A DNA stretch of 36,586 nt from a virus, in IMG/VR virus record IMGVR_UViG_3300045988_087733, positions 1-36,586 of that record; one strand, given 5' to 3'. The notes under the pieces are model-generated. The model was not told where the DNA came from. It did no database searches and worked only from the letters and a program-made list of their open reading frames with translations. Numbering within the stretch: the stretch's first letter is position 1; each line of letters starts with the position of its first letter. Below, piece by piece: positions 34,620-36,586 of this stretch. The position numbers and the translations under genes were made by a program.

Positions 34620-35565
34620 ATCTAATTTAACACAAATAGTAGTACCTGCAGATGAGGGAAATTATACTAAAGGCAGAAGTGGTAGAAGTATTGAAGCAAT
34701 TACTATTCATCACATGGCTGGAAGATTAACTGCAAAACAATGTGGTAGAATATTTCAAGCAAAAGGCAGATATGGTAGTTCTCACTATGGTGTTGGTTAT
34801 GATGGAAGTATTGCTAATTATGTTGATGAAGAGGATACTGCTTGGACTAATAGTAATTGGGATAGCAATTGTAAGTCAGTAACTATTGAAACATCAGATA
34901 ATGATAATTCATGGTATGTTAACGACATTACTTTAAATGCACTTATTAAATTAGCAGCAGATATTGCTAAGAGAAGAAATTTAGGAAAATTAGTACCAGG
35001 AAAGAACTTAACTTGGCATAGTATGTTTACTAATACTACTTGCCCTGGAGATTATCTAAGAAGCAAAATGCAATATATTGCTGATGAGGCTAACAAAATT
35101 AATAATGAAAATACATCAAATGAAGTTAATGTTTATTATAGAGTTAAAACTCAGAAACATGGTTGGTTAAAAGAAGTTAAAAATCTAGAAGATTATGCTG
35201 GTTGGGAGAATAGCCCTATAATTGGACTTGCTATTAGAGTAGATGAAGGAAGTATTAAGTATAGAGTGCATATAAAAGAAATTAAAGATAGCAATGGAAA
35301 TGTAATAGTTAAAGGAAGATGGCTTCCTTATGTTACTGATTATAACATAAAAGATAAGATAAATGGCTATGCTGGTAATGGCAATATAATCGATTGTGTA
35401 GAAGTTTACTATTATACCCCTAATAATATTAGACCATACAAAAAAGCAAAATATAAAATTAACAATTATCCTTATCAATATGATAATGAAAAAAACAAAG
35501 GGCAAGATGGTTATGCTGGTGTGATGGGAGTAACTGCTACTAAGTTTCAAATAGTTATAGAATAG
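34612..35565 (+). CDS. Endolysin, N-acetylmuramoyl-L-alanine amidase (Amidase_2/PGRP) with C-terminal wall-binding region
   Basis: ITIHHMAGRLT ... TIETSDND ... LTWHSMFTNTTCPGDYL zinc-amidase motifs. Confidence 0.9.
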   Translation: MSKSNLTQIVVPADEGNYTKGRSGRSIEAITIHHMAGRLTAKQCGRIFQAKGRYGSSHYGVGYDGSIANYVDEEDTAWTNSNWDSNCKSVTIETSDNDNSWYVNDITLNALIKLAADIAKRRNLGKLVPGKNLTWHSMFTNTTCPGDYLRSKMQYIADEANKINNENTSNEVNVYYRVKTQKHGWLKEVKNLEDYAGWENSPIIGLAIRVDEGSIKYRVHIKEIKDSNGNVIVKGRWLPYVTDYNIKDKINGYAGNGNIIDCVEVYYYTPNNIRPYKKAKYKINNYPYQYDNEKNKGQDGYAGVMGVTATKFQIVIE

Positions 35566-35566
35566 A

Positions 35567-35595
35567 AGTGGACTTTAAGAGTCCACTCTTTTTTT
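35567..35595 (+). terminator. Strong intrinsic terminator after endolysin
   Basis: AGTGGACT-TTAAG-AGTCCACT-CTTTTTTT. Confidence 0.9.
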
Positions 35596-35605
35596 ATGCT
35601 ATAAT

Positions 35606-35634
35606 TTGCTTTTTTCTTTGATTAGTGCTATAAT
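35606..35634 (+). promoter_or_regulatory. Extended -10 promoter (TTGCTT-17-TATAAT with TGC upstream of -10)
   Basis: TGCTATAAT at 35626-35634; perfect -10. Confidence 0.7.
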
Positions 35635-35657
35635 ATCCAGTCAAACGAGGGGATAAT

Positions 35658-35825
35658 ATGGTTGAAAAAAGAATAAGTAATAAAGATATTATTTATAGAT
35701 TAACAAGAAGAAAAGATAATATTTTAATTATTAAATATAATTTAAAAAATAAAAGGGCATGGTTTCAGACTAATAGTATGCCAAAAAGAAAAGCTATAGA
35801 CATTAACAGAGTAGTTAACCTATAG
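35658..35825 (+). CDS. Small basic protein in terminator-flanked unit
   Basis: 55-aa ORF MVEKRISNKDIIYRLTRRKDNILIIKYNLKNKRAWFQTNSMPKRKAIDINRVVNL. Confidence 0.5.
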   Translation: MVEKRISNKDIIYRLTRRKDNILIIKYNLKNKRAWFQTNSMPKRKAIDINRVVNL

Positions 35826-35891
35826 TTTTTTTTATTTACTTTATAATTAATTTATGTTAGGCTAAACAATTAAAAGAAAGAAGGTGAAAAA

Positions 35892-35996
35892 ATGGATAAA
35901 AAAATTATAAAAGGCCCATTACCATTTGTGGGTTTTCCAGAAACAAAAGAAGGAGAGATCCCTGATGGTTGGACAAAAATAGAAACAAAAGAGTAG
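35892..35996 (+). CDS. Small protein in terminator-flanked unit
   Basis: 34-aa ORF MDKKIIKGPLPFVGFPETKEGEIPDGWTKIETKE with AGAAGGTG RBS. Confidence 0.45.
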   Translation: MDKKIIKGPLPFVGFPETKEGEIPDGWTKIETKE

Positions 35997-36012
35997 TTAC
36001 CACTACTTTTTT
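35992..36012 (+). terminator. Intrinsic terminator
   Basis: AGTAGT-TACC-ACTACT-TTTTT. Confidence 0.65.
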
Positions 36013-36586
36013 ATTCTAAATAATTTCTCTTAAACACCTTAATAAATTCTTCTCTAGAACCGATATTTTTTTCCCAGTATAATTGCCCTTGTTTGTGCCA
36101 ATAATCATTAAATATGGGATTATTTTGATTGCTAGAATGGCATTCTCTGCATAATGGTAAGATGAAATTATATTTGATGGAGTTAATTCTATTGCGACCT
36201 CCGAAAACTTCGTGAAGGTCGTTTTTCTTTTTACCACATAAATAGCATATATCAAGATTATCAGTAAAGACAGACTTCCTATTTTTCTCTAATTTTGTCA
36301 ATTTCTTCGATTTATTGTGCATTTTTATCTTTTTTTGCTGCTCTTTTGTCAATGATTGTGCATTTTTTTTTATTTGTCCACTTGTAGCCGGACTTTTTTT
36401 GTCGGAAGTGGACTTTTTTCGTTTTATCTCTGCAGAACACTGTGTTTTTCTGCAAAGGTCTGCAGAGATTTTCTTATATTCTTTATTATCACATTCCCTA
36501 CAAGTGGAAAGCTTTATTTCTTTATTTAGTAATTTACAATATGGTTTATTCTTTCTTTTCTTTAAGTTTATACAATAGTTATTCAT
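36011..36586 (-). CDS. HNH-nuclease-like Cys-rich protein
   Basis: 191 aa; CYLCGKKKNDLHEVFGGRNRINSIKYNFILPLCRECH, zinc-binding HNH-like core; start codon is the last 3 bases of the window. Confidence 0.6.
   Translation of the reverse strand: MNNYCINLKKRKNKPYCKLLNKEIKLSTCRECDNKEYKKISADLCRKTQCSAEIKRKKSTSDKKSPATSGQIKKNAQSLTKEQQKKIKMHNKSKKLTKLEKNRKSVFTDNLDICYLCGKKKNDLHEVFGGRNRINSIKYNFILPLCRECHSSNQNNPIFNDYWHKQGQLYWEKNIGSREEFIKVFKRNYLE

Noticed and set aside
1-36586. CRISPR array
   Set aside because: No regularly spaced repeat-spacer pattern of suitable size was seen; the only notable short repeats are the operator pair and the origin-like repeats.
1-36586. Stop codon reassignment (TGA as Trp)
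   Set aside because: TGA is used as a genuine terminator with adjacent downstream starts (for example the 20176-21906 ORF ending AGG TGA and the 12795-12926 ORF), and long ORFs use TGG for Trp.

Overview
The window looks like a complete AT-rich genome of a Firmicutes-type tailed phage with short-tailed (podovirus-like) morphology. Nearly all genes are on the + strand. Order: divergent promoter region and HTH regulator; replication/recombination block (DnaD-like initiator with a candidate internal origin, SSB, DUF1351, Bet/RecT, MBL-fold protein, second SSB); many small early genes including a YopX-like protein; a DUF1492/ArpU-like late regulator; a long non-coding region that folds as a structured RNA; terS, terL, portal, a DUF2829/Tad2-like protein, scaffold, major capsid, a tRNA-Gln(TTG), connector/nozzle-like proteins, a 2140-aa putative internal virion protein, fibre genes with a G10 tract, holin and amidase; then an autonomous two-gene unit and one minus-strand HNH-like gene. 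I recognised no integrase, tape-measure protein or DNA polymerase. The perfect Shine-Dalgarno for the minus-strand gene at the right edge lies at the left edge, so the contig probably closes as a circle. The main candidates for new biology are: (1) the structured RNA at about 12489-12770, with a 28-position long-range helix, a competing hairpin, a possible pseudoknot, a promoter and a terminator; (2) a 10-G tract in a short ORF coupled to a fibre-tip gene (possible phase variation); (3) a Tad2-like anti-Thoeris candidate inside the head module; (4) a giant virion protein with two HExxH motifs; (5) an iteron/DUE-like origin inside the initiator gene. No database or folding software was used. 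Product names rest on recognition of sequence motifs and gene order.
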